64,000 nucleotides of DNA from Lama guanicoe (lineage: Eukaryota): assembly GCA_013239625.1 (NCBI GenBank), contig MU054323.1, positions 11,057,815 through 11,121,814 on the forward strand. The letters are read 5' to 3'. Of this stretch, positions 51,543 to 64,000 are shown piece by piece (the stretch's first letter is position 1; each line of letters opens with the position of its first letter). The notes beneath the pieces are model-generated. The model was not told the origin of the DNA, did no database searches, and saw nothing but the letters and a program-made list of their open reading frames with translations. The position numbers and the translations under genes were made by a program.

Positions 51543-51771
51543 CGGCTTCCTGGGCCCTTTGTGGGGCTGCGAGCTCGGTGGAGAACCGAGAGCTCCGTCT
51601 TCTCTGCTGACGCCGCTGGCAGTGGGGCTGTCTCCAGGAGGCGGACCGGCGAACGCCCAGTGCCCGCACTCGGCTGCCTGCCGCGCCTGTCTGCGCCCGT
51701 GACATCCTTACACGGGACGCAGTGACCGTTTTTAAATCACAAGGGCGTGGGTCAGGCTCCCCTAGGACTTC

Positions 51772-51797
51772 ATGTCTGTATATTTCCCCATTCACTG
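51772..51797 (+). CDS. LBH: LBH coding exon 1 (MSVYFPIH + first 2 nt of the Cys codon)
   Basis: ATG TCT GTA TAT TTC CCC ATT CAC TG followed by the donor gtaagt at 51798; in-frame TAG 9 nt upstream; matches the LBH N-terminus as I recall it (human MSIYFPIHC). Confidence 0.95.
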
Positions 51798-54387
51798 GTA
51801 AGTATCCAGCGCCCTCGGCGGGCATTTGTCTCGTGGCCGTGGCTGCGGGTCCCGGGCGCCTGCTCGCACCGGTTCGGGTGCGAGGGCAGTGAGCGGCGAG
51901 GGCGCCTGGCATTAAACCGCTGCCGAAGCCCGTGCAGGAGTCAACGTCAAGGTTGCAAAGGTGGGGGTGGGGGGAGGTGGTGCTGAGCATCCAGACAAAG
52001 GAAGTGAACTCGAAGCCCTCACTTAAGTGACAGCTGGGAGGGTGTGTATATGGTGGTGGTGGTGTTGGGGGGTGGTGCGGAACCAGGGATCACAGCTGAA
52101 TCCAGTTAATAAAACCCCCTATGCGGAGGGCTGCAGGAGGCGCGCACCCTGCCTGGCGCAGGGGCTCCTGCTCTCCCTGGGCCCCTCCCCTCTTCCTTTT
52201 TGTTTGCATGCAAGTCTCGGCGTCGAGGCCGGCGGCAGAGGGGCTGAGCTGGTGCAGCGGCGGCGTTTGCAGAGCTCCGAGGGGTGGGGGAAAACGCTCT
52301 CCCCACAATTAACCCGGCTGAAACCACAAGCAGCAGCACAAGCTGTCGTTGCACCCTCTCGATCCCTTTCCTCTCCATGGCCCCTAAACCCGACGAGCAT
52401 TTATAGGGGCCCGGGCTGAGGAGGAGCCGCCCTCACCGGGCCCGGCTGGAAGGGGCCCTGGCCGAGCGGGGGAAGGCCGAGATTTGCACCCAACCCCGAT
52501 TGGGGCTGGGAGGGATGCGCTCTGGGCGTCCGGTTCGTTGCAGAGCGAGGCCACGGGCCGCTGGGACTTGCGCGCAGGCTGCTGCTTCCTCCCTGCGCTA
52601 GGGAAGAGGAAGAGCGGTCGAGGGGCGAGCGCTGGCGGCCCCAGAGCGCGCTCTCAGGTGCCGGCGCGGAAAGTAGGGCCCCGCAGGCTCCAGCTCCGCG
52701 CAGTCCTCCTCAGCACAGGAACCGGAAAGTTCATGCTTCTTGCTTTAACTTTTCGCGGCCGCGCATAGCCGGGAGCGAGAAGTGAGCGCCCTGAAACCTG
52801 ATTAAAAGCCTGGAGAGAGCCCGGTGGGCGCTCTTCTGGCCCATTTCTCTGGGGGTCGGCGGTAGCCTTTCCATGACTCAGGAGGAAACGGACTTCGGAG
52901 TCCTGACTCCCAACCTTAAACTTGCCCGGAAACCCAGCATCTTCTCTTAGTTTTCCCTCCCCCATCCTAGTCTGGCTCTTTTCAGAGAGGAGACTGAACT
53001 CTCAAAACAAAGTGAAAATTTCCTCGCCCCTGAGGCTTGCAGTGTCCTTCTTCTTCTGAGCGCCCCTCCATTCCCTCCGTGGTATGTGAGCAGCCAGGTA
53101 CCATATGGGTGAGACTTGGAAGGCCGTTGGACGCTGTGTGCCCCTGGCCACTCAAAACTTGCTAAAATGGGTGTTAGGGCCTATCAGAGTTATCGTCCCC
53201 TGAGAGATTAAGGTTTGGAATTACTTTACAGTTGATGAGCATTTCAGTTTGCAATGCTCTCCCCCTAGATAAGTCTTTTAGCAACTGTGAGATATGCATA
53301 ATTAGTATCGTGGTAACAGCCTAACAGGGTACCTGCGGCTCAGAGAGGTTATATGACTTGTTCAAGATCACACTGCACTTGACTGGCAGAGCTTGGACCA
53401 GAACCTATCGCTTCTGTTTCCAAATCCAATGCCGTTTCTACTCTATGTAGGAGCCATAAAATGAAGAAGAGTTTGGTACTCCTGTTTCCTTAGTCTTTCT
53501 AAAGCCTATCCTACTTTTTTTTTTTTAACCACGTGTAAAGGCATGATGGTGAAAATACTGGATGTTATGTGGCCGGTACGTTGACTTTGGTATGTGCTAC
53601 TTGGCATTACACATTCGGGACCCTGTATGTGCCCATGGCTTGTGTGAGGATAATGGAGCATTTGTATCCTGCTTATGAAGTACAAAGCACTTTCACATGT
53701 CAGCCATTGGTGGGCCAGCTTGGCCCCTCTGGAAATTTCCTTTGCAATCAGAGTCCAGGCATCCTTAAGGCTTTTAATCCAGGGGATGTTTTTCAAGCTG
53801 TGAGCTGCAGCTGCTGTGGCTGGGGCTGGAGAAGGGGGTTGGATTGCAGATGTGAAGCTTGCAGAGAGCTTACCCCTTGGGGCTTTAAGTGGGACATTTT
53901 GCAAAAAGGAACACCAGAGAGACAGAAATTTAGGAAGGCAGCATTATTGAACTTGGTTTCCCTGAGGTTGACCTGCTATCATTATGTAATAATAATATTC
54001 AGTTCCCCTAGAGACGGGTTGAATTGGTGTTAATATAGACAGATGGCCTCAGCTACCTACTGTTTTGTTTTTTTTCTAGTTCTGTCACTTAAAAGAAAAT
54101 CCAGAGTCACTCTGTGCCAGTGGGGACAAGTACAGGAGAGGAGGGAAGAGGAGGTTTGCAGAGTGGTTTTCAGACAATGGGCTTTGTTGGTAGAGGTTGA
54201 GAGCTTGATTCTCTGGGCTTGTAAGGTGCTTCCTCGGGGCATGAGCTTGTTTTTCTGAGAGTTCTGTTTCGAACACCTCTCATCCTGCTTCCGGACAGTC
54301 CCCTGCTCTAAGAGCAGGACGCACCACCGAGAGTAGGAATGTGAAAGTGTGTGTGTTTGTTGACTTTTTTTCTGGGTTTCTTGGCAG

Positions 54388-54490
54388 CCCTGACTATCTG
54401 AGATCGGCCGAGATGACTGAGGTGATGATGAACACTCCATCCATGGAGGAGATTGGCCTTAACCCCCGAAAGGATGGCCTTTCCTACCAG
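54388..54490 (+). CDS. LBH: LBH exon 2 (103 nt; (C)PDYLRSAEMTEVMMNTPSMEEIGLNPRKDGLSYQ)
   Basis: Acceptor ttcttggcag ends at 54387 and donor gtgagt starts at 54491. 26+103 nt = 43 codons in frame. The peptide matches LBH (human, from memory: PDYLRSAKMTEVMMNTQPMEEIGLSPRKDGLSYQ). Confidence 0.96.
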
Positions 54491-54544
54491 GTGAGTTCAT
54501 TACTGGCTTCCTTCTGGCTCTTAAGAGCCTGGTGGCTTATGCCA

Positions 54545-54755
54545 GGGCTGGAGGCAGACTTGATTCTATATCCCAGTGCCACTTGTAAGAGCTATGTGCC
54601 CTTGAGAAACTCCCCTAATGCCAGTAAGCCTCAGTTTCTTCCTCTGTAAAATGGGGCAACAATAGTCCTCATCTAAATTGTGGTGAGATTCAACATGATG
54701 AAATGACATGTATAAGGCATTCATAGTGCCTGGGACACAGTGAGTGTTTGGCAAG
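54545..54755. mobile_element. MIR SINE immediately 3' of LBH exon 2
   Basis: aagcctcagtttcttcctctgtaaaatgggg...gttgtggtgagattcaac-like segment...catagtgcctgggacacagtgag. Confidence 0.8.
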
Positions 54756-57700
54756 CATGAGGCAATGTTATTAACTAGTTGTCCTGGTTGCTGTGGACTC
54801 TCCCCCTCACAGTGGCAAAGGGGAAGTGATTTGTGCAGTCAGTTCAGACCAGAACTTCCCTTTCCAGCTGTGCCTTGGGCAATGACAACATCACTGTGAG
54901 GGGCAGCTTATGGAGAAGGGTGGTCTGGTGGAGGAATGGCTGTGTCAAATGCTTCTTTCTTCCTCTGGTTGATGGTTGACCAACTGATTCCAACAGGGTT
55001 AATGTTCAGACTACTTAGAGTTGAGGAGACCTTTCCTCAAAGGGTAGCTATCTCAGGGATGTGATTGCCGGAATCCAGCTTAGAGATCATCCTGTGTTGT
55101 GGATCCAGAATGCATAAGGACCAAACAAGTGGCCTAAGTAACCCCTTCAGGTTCTCAGCCCAGTGCTGGTTCTGGCTGGCCATGTGCTTTTCAGTTGCCC
55201 CTGGCTGACTGCAGAGACCTTCACATACATCTGGGGCAGTGAGCTGTCTTCAGATTTCCAAGGAGAGTGTCTAGGTTATTACATTTGGGCGAGGAAAGAG
55301 TCTGTTTTTAAGCAAAGACTTTGGAACTAGGGAAATTGGGCAGGATGGCTGGCCAGGGAAGATAAATAGGTGTGATGGGCTCATTCAGCAGATAGTAACT
55401 GAATGCCCACCATGCCCTTTACAAACGTTACTCATTCACTCTTGACTGTAGCTCTGAGGTGGGAATTCTTGTTCTATTTCACAGATGAGGAAACAGACTC
55501 AGACTGAGTGGATGACTTGGGTCTTGGACTCCAAAGCCTCGCTTTTCTGATGTATCACGTGTCTGTGCCTTGGGGCTGGGTCTTGGCTAGAATCTAGACT
55601 GGCTCTGGGTAGTCATTCCTTATGACCATCCCGGGCCATTTGTTTTGTAAAAGAAGTAGAAACTAGGAAGCTGAGTGGGTGTGATGGAGGGAGGGTGATC
55701 AAAGGGAGGTGACATGAAAGCTAAGGTTGGGTAAGGTAGCTTGGCCGGTGACAGCAGAGTCACCTCAGACATGCTGGGGAGGTTCAAGAAGGCCCCTTTG
55801 TTGTGTGTCAATGTGGCTAAGCACCTTGGCTGGCTGGAAATATGTATTAGGTAGCCTGATGGGGTCCAGGGGGAGAGGGGGAATACCCTTTCCTGGTTGG
55901 TTTTATACCTTCCGCCCCCACAGTGGGTCTGAGAGGGGCAATTGGAGGCCCACAGCCTGTAGGAGGGTAGAAGTTTCCTGACCCACTGGCTGGGGTGTTT
56001 TTGGATACCAGTTTCCAAGCCGCTGAATCAGACTGAATCTCTTTGTGGTTACAGGTGAGATTTTTTTTTTTTTCAGTTCTGAGCTTTAGATTTCCATCAC
56101 AGAACCTTTCCAAACACAGCCTTCGATATATCCTGTGTATGCTTTTTATATTCTCCTTTTGAACATGTCCCAGGATAAAGGGCCAGGTCCTACAGGGCAG
56201 TTTTCTTCACTTTCAGATCATTCTACTGGATCTGAGGATTATTGCAGGTGATGATGGAGAAGGGGCTGCAATGCTGGGTGAGGACAGCTGACTTGGGGCT
56301 GCAGTGGCAGGAGGAAAATAAAATCACTTCTGTGCTCCTGAAATAACTTGTTGCTGCCTAAGAAAAGGACCCTCAAATCTTCCCTTGTGGTACTAGAGTG
56401 AAGGCCCAGTTTTCTCTCAGGAAATCTGTCCCTGCTACCTGAGTGGTGGCTACTACCCAGTTCCAAAATATCTTACCTAGAACTTCAAAGCACTCTGTCA
56501 CAAGATTTTGTCACAGGATTTCAGAAAGTTCTTCTGGTTGCCTGATGAAAAGAAAAGGGGGAGGTGGTTATCTTCAACCAAGCAACATTTATTGGGTACT
56601 CGCTGTATGTAACGTGCTATGCTGGGCACTTTAGGGAGGGTCCAGGGCCCATGTGGGAAACCAGTATCTACATAACTGGAGCACAGGCAGTCTGGTGGGA
56701 CAATACCAAAGCTACGGTCAACCCAGGCATGTGTGGCAATCAGAAGGCTTGGGAAAAGGCAGTCAGACTGGGGCTGGGCGTTGAAAGAAAATTAGGACTT
56801 TGAGAAGGCACCTCCAATCTCTAATTTTGTTGCACCTTCAAATACCGCTTGACTTGCTTCTGTTTAGGCCAGCTGCAGGGCTCTGCAGAGAGCTACTCTG
56901 ACAATTGTCATATGACTGATATTCTCTAGACCCACTCAAAGCCAGTGCCATCCAATTAAACACATTCCCACCAGAGCTCTGGGGATTGGTTGGAGCTGCA
57001 CTTGGCCAGAGCCTGTTCACTGTGCATGCTCAGGCTGGGCTCAGATCTGGGGTGGGAGGTCTCCAAGCTCTGTTCTTGGCATTTGTCCTGAGGGTAATAA
57101 TAGTACATGGCTTTTACTGCGACCTGCTTTTCCAAGGAACTAAAAGTGGGAAGGAGACATCAATCTTGACTTGGCAGATGAAATAGAATCTCAGACTTGT
57201 GGTTTGACCTTGAAACAAGGTTGTAAAATAAATAGGCACACTGAACTTGGTCAGTCATCCCCCCACCTTCTGGACCTACCCAGATGAAGCTTTCCCGATT
57301 TCTCTGTGCCAGATGTGACCTTTCTTCTTCTAACACCTGTGGCATTTGAGCTTAAATGATGCTGCCCTGATCCTGCCTGACCTTCTCCCTGTCCAGGTCT
57401 CTGAGGGCAGGGGATGACTTATTCTCTCTTTGTGTGCATCAGCCATCACCCCTCTAATACCCCTCCCCAACCCACGGTGCTTGCCGGCCCAGGGCCTTCA
57501 CAGAGCAGGTGCTAAGTGGATGGTGGTTGTCTCAGTGAAATCAAGTCTCTTGATTCTAAAGCTGGCCACCTTCCCCTCTGCCATAGGATTTTTAAAGGGC
57601 CTTCTCAGACTCAGATAGATGTCTTTTTATCCCCTGAAGGATTCAGGTAAGCTCTATCTCTTGTGCTTAGGAAGTTAGTGCCATTTTATGAGCATGTATA

Positions 57701-60700
57701 AAAATCAACAGAGCTAGTGCCTTGTGTCATCTTAACATTTATTTAGAGAGTCAATTCAATATGCAAAATCCATGTTGGCACTCTCACTTGGCATGAATTA
57801 TGACACCTTGCCGGGTGGGTGAGTAAACGGTTACTAGAAAGTCTTGAGTACGTTTTGGGCGGGATGTGGGTGGCGGCCAGCTCATGGGGCTTAGTGGGAG
57901 GGTCTCCACGAGGATGTTTATGTCCCTGCTGTCTGCAGCTCCCTCCCCACGCTGTGTCTGTGGGCCTCCTGTTCTCCGGCTCATGGGACAGGAATGTCTG
58001 TGCCTAATGCCTTCTTACTTTTCCTAATTCAAGAAGGCGGGTCAGTGGCTGCCTTGCAGGGCCCTCCTCTGACTCCAGGGGCTCTAAGAATGTGGCATTT
58101 CCAAATGCCTCGCTGGCTGGGTCTCCTTCCCTGCTGTGCCCGAATGGTCTGGGCCCTGAATGGGGAAGGGTCCTGAGTGTTTGCCTGTGGACACTGATGC
58201 TGCCACAACCCAAGGGCTCTGATAGTCTGACCTTGCTGCCTCACTTCCCCCAGCACAGCACAGCATGCTGAGGCTTCTGCAGTTTTATCGCCCATGCTAA
58301 GTTCTAGACAGAGATCTGGCTCCATGGTTTTTATTTAAAACTGTCCCTTCTAAAGCAACTGGACCAAGATGATAACTTTTACCCTTCCCGAGGCTCTCTA
58401 AATTCCTCTCTGATCAGCACACATGTCCCTCACTGGTCGCCCATTGTATTCCTCCTGCTGTTCTTGGTCACATACTCCTACCATTTGACATCCACCAGTC
58501 AGGCTGGCAGGGGGAAGCCAGGGAGGATGCACTGTAAACCAGAGGTGCTAATTCTGCACGCGCCACAGTGTCCCATGTCCTGGGCCTTGCTTTTGATCTG
58601 CAGAGCTAAGATCTTCCCTGCGTCTTCCCATGCATTTCTCTAGACAGGGGGAGGGGTATCTTGGTGTTTTATATGATAGGGAGGAGGGACAGTGGTGGGT
58701 GACCTCTTCCTGCCACAGTCCTTTCTTTTGTTTCTTGCAGTCTGAGCCTCTGTTTTGGCTCTGCATTAGGGTGGGTTCAAAACACCGTGCTGGCTGGGAG
58801 CTAGCCCCTCCCCAGACGGGACCTCTGCCTTTTCCATCTTCAAGGCCCAGCAATAGCCAACTCCTTCATCTCCCCTCCTCACTCCTTCTCAGAAGCAGCA
58901 ACTCCTCTCTCAAAGAACAGGCTCAGTTTAACAGCTAAGGTCAGGCAGCAGTTCAGAAACACTTTCTCTTCACTCCTATCTCTGCTGAGCTTTTCTTTAC
59001 GAGACCCCCTGAGCCTGGCTTCCCTGTTCCCACCTGTGTAAATGCAGATGTTGAAATCATTGGTGGGTTGAGGTTCCTGAGTGCATCTCTGCTCCGTCTC
59101 CCACAAGCCCCTGCTCACAAGGCCACTCCAGGTGGAGTTCATCCACTACCTTCATGTCCTCATCTTTGTGCCCTTGTCTGATTGGCTACCCACAGCTGGG
59201 TACCCAACTTGTTCTCGAGAGTTTTGGAGGCCCTACTGAGCAGCTGCACAGAAGTCCCACATTCACCAGGAAATCATCTTTCACATCAGACTTTAAAAGC
59301 CTCAGTTGTCCCTGGAGAGACATAAAGCTAAAATTCCAAAGCACTTGGCAGGAGACGTCCAGCCATGGACACGCCACATTACTGGAGTTTTCTTTCTCCT
59401 ATTCCTACCCCGTCCCCCTGCTCCCTGCTTAGTACAATTCATAAGAATGTGATGCAAAACAGGCAGATTAGGCCACCCAGTTCAGAAGCACAAGGAGCCT
59501 GTTTCTTTGAGTGGCATTAGGCCTGTATCTGCACGTGCTGCCTCTTTTTGAGTCAGTGCCCACGTTGGTAAGGTCTCGTCTACTTTGTATGAGGGATCCA
59601 GCACCTCCCTTCCAGTGCCCAAAGCCTCAATACAAACTTGGTGTTCACTGTTTTAGAACGCCACTGGGTGAGGGCCTGCAGAGGGCTGGAATTATTCCCA
59701 TGGCCCCCCCCAATACGCACACCGGGGTCACAACAGTGAGTCTGTAACACAGCCAGGGAGAGAACAAGCTCGCTTCACTTCCCAAGGCAGCGTGTCACAC
59801 ACTAGAGCCACACAGCCTGGCCTTCTCTCAAAGGGCCTGTGTTAGGCCAGAGGCCTCTCCATCGGTGGTGCGTTCATCACTCTACAGACCCCGGCTCTGT
59901 GTCTTAGACGGCTCTTTGTTCCCACAATGCTCAGTGCAGTGTCCTGCAAATCGTTGCTTAATGATGCTTTGTGATTGATTGGACCCTTCCGCTCTCCCTT
60001 TCCTGCACTGAGAATTATCCCTCTACCTTGGCCATCCCATGGCATGGATTTTTATAGGATCAGCATTTTCTCTATGCCAATCCAGTCTCCCAAGTTGGAT
60101 AGAGAGGAGGATTGGGCCATTAGGGAAAGGGATGAGTTTGGGTGGTAAATCTTGTGACTGGAGCCAAGAGCTATTCTTGGGTGTCTAGTGAATGTCCCGA
60201 AATGATCTTTCAGGCCCAAGTCCTGAAATAAAATCCTCGGAGGGTAAAGACAGGCCTTCATCTGTGTGGGGCTCAGAGTTGCCAGGGCTTCGCTCCTTTT
60301 CAGTCTCCTAGCTGCTGTGCCCCACTGGCTGCCTCACACCTCGCCACCCACCCTTCCCTTGTCCCTGAGCCCGGCTCAGGAGGATGCTCTGTCAGTCAGT
60401 CAAATCCTGTGTCTGCTCCTTTCTCCTCGTCTGGGGGAGGGCCCCTTATTGCACAGACCTGTCTTAGAAAAAAATTAAAATTTGTTTAAACTTTCTCCAG
60501 ACCATTGTCCAGCTAGCCTTTGACCTCAAGGGAAGTTTGGGGGCTCCCTCAGCCCCCTCCCTGGTAGAATAAATTGCCTTGCACTGTCAGAAGCTCCTTT
60601 TAGGTAAACTGTATAGAAGAGGCACCTGAGCACTTGGCTGGAGCAACGCTGACTATTTGCAGCTTGGCCAGGAATTGTATTGGAGCCAGCGGGAGGGAAG

Positions 60701-61129
60701 GTTCTGGACCTCTCAGCCAAAGTAGGATTGGCCTGAGCAAGGAGGGCAGTTAACCAGCCTCAATCCAGAGAGGGTTGGTCTCTAGGTCTGACTTTCTCCT
60801 AACGTGAACCTGAAGGTAGTTTCCAGGCAGAATTAATAATATGTCTTGGATTCATTGTCTGCCTTTGCTCTGTAGAGCTTGAAACACTTGTCTACCCTGG
60901 ATTGGAGAGGCATCCTTGGTTTTCCCAAGTTCCTAAGTATTTTCTCCAGAAACAGCCCTGTTTATAAGCTCTAATTTGTCAGTAGGAGAGCATTAGCCCG
61001 AGGTGTGTGGGCAGCGCCAAGCTCAGCGGCTGATCCCTGTGGACAGAGCCTGAGGTGCCTACGGAGGTGTGCACGCTCACACACACGCACACACACACAC
61101 TCTTACGTGAACTCACACATACTCACACT

Positions 61130-62215
61130 TACTCATGACCGAAAGGGCAGACAGCGGAATGTTAATAGCGGTTGTTTTAGGTCAGAGTGCTGTAATTATA
61201 GGAAAATTTTCTTTTCCTTCCTACCTTTTTGAGTAATTTCATATTTTCGGTAAAATTGGCGTATTTTATCATTCTTATGCTTACTTTTCAAATTTTTAAA
61301 GTAACATATGACCATTATGGAATTTTTATTTTCTTGTCTAAGCTTTTTGTTTTCCAGTCACCACAATCTCACCATGAGTGACTCTCAACTGTTAACATTT
61401 TAGCATCTTTTCCCTTCTTTTCCATAGTGCTTGTATTTTTATGGGGCCAAGATCACAGAGTTGTGTTCTGCTTTTTTACTTAAAGGTATGAAAGTCAGTA
61501 GCATCACATCATTAAAATTTATCTTAAAAATGCTTTAAAGCCAGCATTTTAATAATTGCACTATGTTATATCACAAAGTTACAACATGATTTTTTCATCA
61601 GTCTTCAATTACTGAATTTTAAAAAATTTTATACATTTTCTTTTATAAGTAATGTGATAATTTATATGTAATTTTACATATAAATTTTTTATCCATAATT
61701 TATACTATTTCCTGAGAGTGGAGACTGAGAGTAGAATTTCTGAGTCAAAAAGTGTAAGTGTGTGTATGTGTGTGTTATTATAAAGGTAATATTAATTCCC
61801 TTTAGAAATTTAGGAAAATACAGAGAAGTACAAAGGACAAAAATGCCCATATTTCCATCACTGAAACATTTTGGTATGTTTACTTCCAGTATTTTTCTAT
61901 GCATTTTTATTAAAAGATAAAATTGAGATAATACTGTATATGCTAGAGTGAATCTTTTCCCACTTAGTATAATATTGTGACTGTGTTCCTGTCATTTGTT
62001 TTTCTTTGTAAAACGGCATTTCATTTTGTTATGTACCACTTATTGCTGAATATTTAGGTTGTGGCATATTTTATTCTCACAGAGAACACTGCTTTGAACA
62101 TCATTTTACACAAATCTCTGCACAGGTCTGATTTGTTTCCTCGGAATGAATTTCTGGAAGTAGAATTACTGAATCAAAGAGACTCAACATCATTAAGCCC
62201 CTTGATTGTATATTA
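61130..62215. mobile_element. Decayed old L1 fragments in intron 2
   Basis: AT-rich sequence with reverse L1 3' motifs (cactgctttgaacatcattttacacaaatct...tttctggaagtagaattactgaatcaaag). Confidence 0.55.
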
Positions 62216-64000
62216 CCTTAAAAACAGAAAACAAAGAAAAGAGTTTATCATAATATAAGCTTCCAGCATTGAAAGCTCTAGCAAATAGAATCTCAGGGGT
62301 GTAAAATCTATAGAGATGGGATAATGGAGGAACTTTGTGGAGAGAAGTCAGAAGGGTGTTTGGTTATTTTAAAGGGTTTGGGAGATGTTGTACATCTTCC
62401 TCTAGCTTGTTAATTGCTTATTTTGAGCAGAGATGATGACGATTAAGATGTTTAGGCAACATTTTGTCAGCATTGCCAAACGGCCGGGGAGTGTATTCTT
62501 GTCCCATAGTGGGAAAATTGATGTGCTCTGTGGTTACGAATGCACATGAGTCCGTGTTTGCCCTACTCATCTCCTTTATTCTATTAATGACATTGGAGCA
62601 CCATGTGACCTTGAGGAAGACCAGAGAAGCTGCCCCAGCCTGGAGCCCCAAGAAGGTTGACCAGATGTACATTTAGTCCCCAGAACCATTTTGGTTTTCC
62701 TGGGGTTCTCGGTCTGACTCATGAAATAGTCATGGTTTAGAAATATAGCTTCCCTGGAATTAAAGATAAACAGGCTCTTAGAGGTAGATCTGACCATAAT
62801 AGAAGTGTTGGGCCAGTGTTCTAGGGGCTTCCACCAATAGCATTGCAAGGCTCTAGGTTCCTTGCAACAAGTAAACAGCCTAGGCCAACATTCCAGTAGG
62901 ATCCATCTATGCCTGGTGGTTTACAAAGTTAATTTAGGTGTTACACAGACAAACTTTAAAAATGTTAGTGTATTTTATGGTTACTACCTATGACAAGTAA
63001 TACTAATTTTCCATTTATGTAGTGAAAGAGTTTTATTTAAAAAAATATGTTTTAAACATGTGAGTCAATGAAAAATGCAATGGAGCCATAGTGTGTACAT
63101 GGACAGGAGAGAATAGTGATGGTGGTGTCTGCCTTCCTGAGGCTGGCATCACTGCTGTTACCATGAAGGAATTTTTTTTTTTCTTGAAGGGTTGAATGTG
63201 TCCTCTTAGATGGAAGCACTCTTACAGCTCAGCTAATACTAAATTATGATTTCTGTATTTCTTTGGTTTCTTGCCTCTTGTATATGGCAGCAGAAGCATC
63301 AGGAACCTTCTGGCTGTTTTCCTTGGCACCCTAATATTGGGGGTTTTAACCCCAAATTTCTTCTTAATAATGTCCTGTGTATACACCACTTCATGTTTTA
63401 ACAAAGTGTTAAAACCAGAGGGTAGCTGTCCTGGGGTTCACACAAACTTTCCAAGGGATGTGACAACAGAGAGCATTTTGGGGAAATCAATTTCCACATC
63501 TTCTGCTTCCTTCTGTTGCTTTTCTAAAACTGCATTTCCTGAAGACAGGCTTCACCAGTTTTCTTTCCCTACCTTTCCTGTCAAGATTGCCCTCTACCCT
63601 CTTTATTAAAAGGACCTGGTTCTCACTCTCCTGAATCTTTTTAAGGTGTCTTTTTCCCAGGGTGTAGAAACCTTAGGGCCATCAAACAAATGGGCCATTT
63701 AAAATGTTACTGTCTAAGAAGCTTTGTAAATCTCACCTATCTACTGCAATAAGAAACCAATAAAAATTACTTTTTTGTCTAATAATTATATGTGGTATGT
63801 TTATTGATCACTTTTATACTAATAGCTGCAATAAGCCAATCCAATTTTTTTTTTACTCATAAGCCTTAGGGTCATGGGACAGAAAAACATTTCAAGTCAA
63901 TTTATATACATAAGTACATCTTTTTACTGCAGAGAAGTATGAAAAAAGCTAAAGACTAAGTACTTTTAAACATGAAAATATATTAAGATAGAATTCTATG

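Larger units (their letters stand above)
50450..52900. promoter_or_regulatory. LBH: CpG island spanning the LBH promoter, exon 1 and the start of intron 1
   Basis: Abrupt rise in GC and CpG density relative to the CpG-depleted flanks; edges judged by eye. Confidence 0.9.
54491..64000 (+). other. LBH: LBH intron 2 (partial; the final coding exon is beyond the window)
   Basis: No IFPDPSDF.../LPSIVVEP-encoding sequence found downstream in the window. Confidence 0.85.

Noticed and set aside
50444..52965. Many overlapping ORFs on both strands, including 51457-51990
   Set aside because: CpG-island composition depletes stop codons; the peptides are low-complexity and R/A/P/G-rich.
54341..54649. 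102-aa ORF containing LBH sequence
   Set aside because: Only 54388-54490 is exon; the rest is intron read-through into a MIR.
58611..58643. AG followed by ATC TTC CCT (IFP), resembling the start of LBH exon 3
   Set aside because: It continues ASSHAFL-stop rather than DPSDF, so the three-codon match is coincidental.
17594..62721. Scattered AP-1 sites (e.g. 17594, 41303, 52874, 59549, 62715)
   Set aside because: Isolated 7-mers of this kind arise readily by chance in 64 kb; not informative without chromatin data.
1..64000. A previously undescribed multi-gene system
   Set aside because: The window is accounted for by the 5' half of LBH, one retrocopy, common repeat classes and intergenic DNA; no other coding or structured RNA gene could be supported.

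Overview
Mammalian genomic DNA, most likely camelid (Camelus/Vicugna/Lama). The assignment rests on a Vic-1-like tRNA-derived SINE and a matching young L1 3' end; no Alu, Bov-tA/BovB or PRE-1 elements were recognised. The only real gene is the 5' half of LBH (limb bud and heart development regulator) on the + strand. It has a CpG-island/TATA promoter at about 51.5 kb, coding exon 1 (51772-51797) and exon 2 (54388-54490), which splice to MSVYFPIHCPDYLRSAEMTEVMMNTPSMEEIGLNPRKDGLSYQ; the last exon lies beyond the window. The ~51 kb upstream is intergenic and repeat-rich (L1, MIR/L2, MaLR/ERVL/ERV1 solo LTRs, hAT DNA-transposon relics) and carries a disabled processed NDUFA3 retrocopy at about 16.3-16.7 kb. 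Almost all ORFs in the six-frame track look like chance ORFs. I see no evidence of a novel multi-gene system. The most interesting signals are regulatory or structural: convergent CTCF motifs, a TCF/LEF motif cluster about 4.7 kb upstream of LBH, a MER41-like LTR with a STAT-type site just upstream of the retrocopy, and a 25-bp-arm foldback palindrome inside an L1. Repeat subfamily names come from memory of consensus sequences, and boundaries without target-site duplications (TSDs) are approximate.
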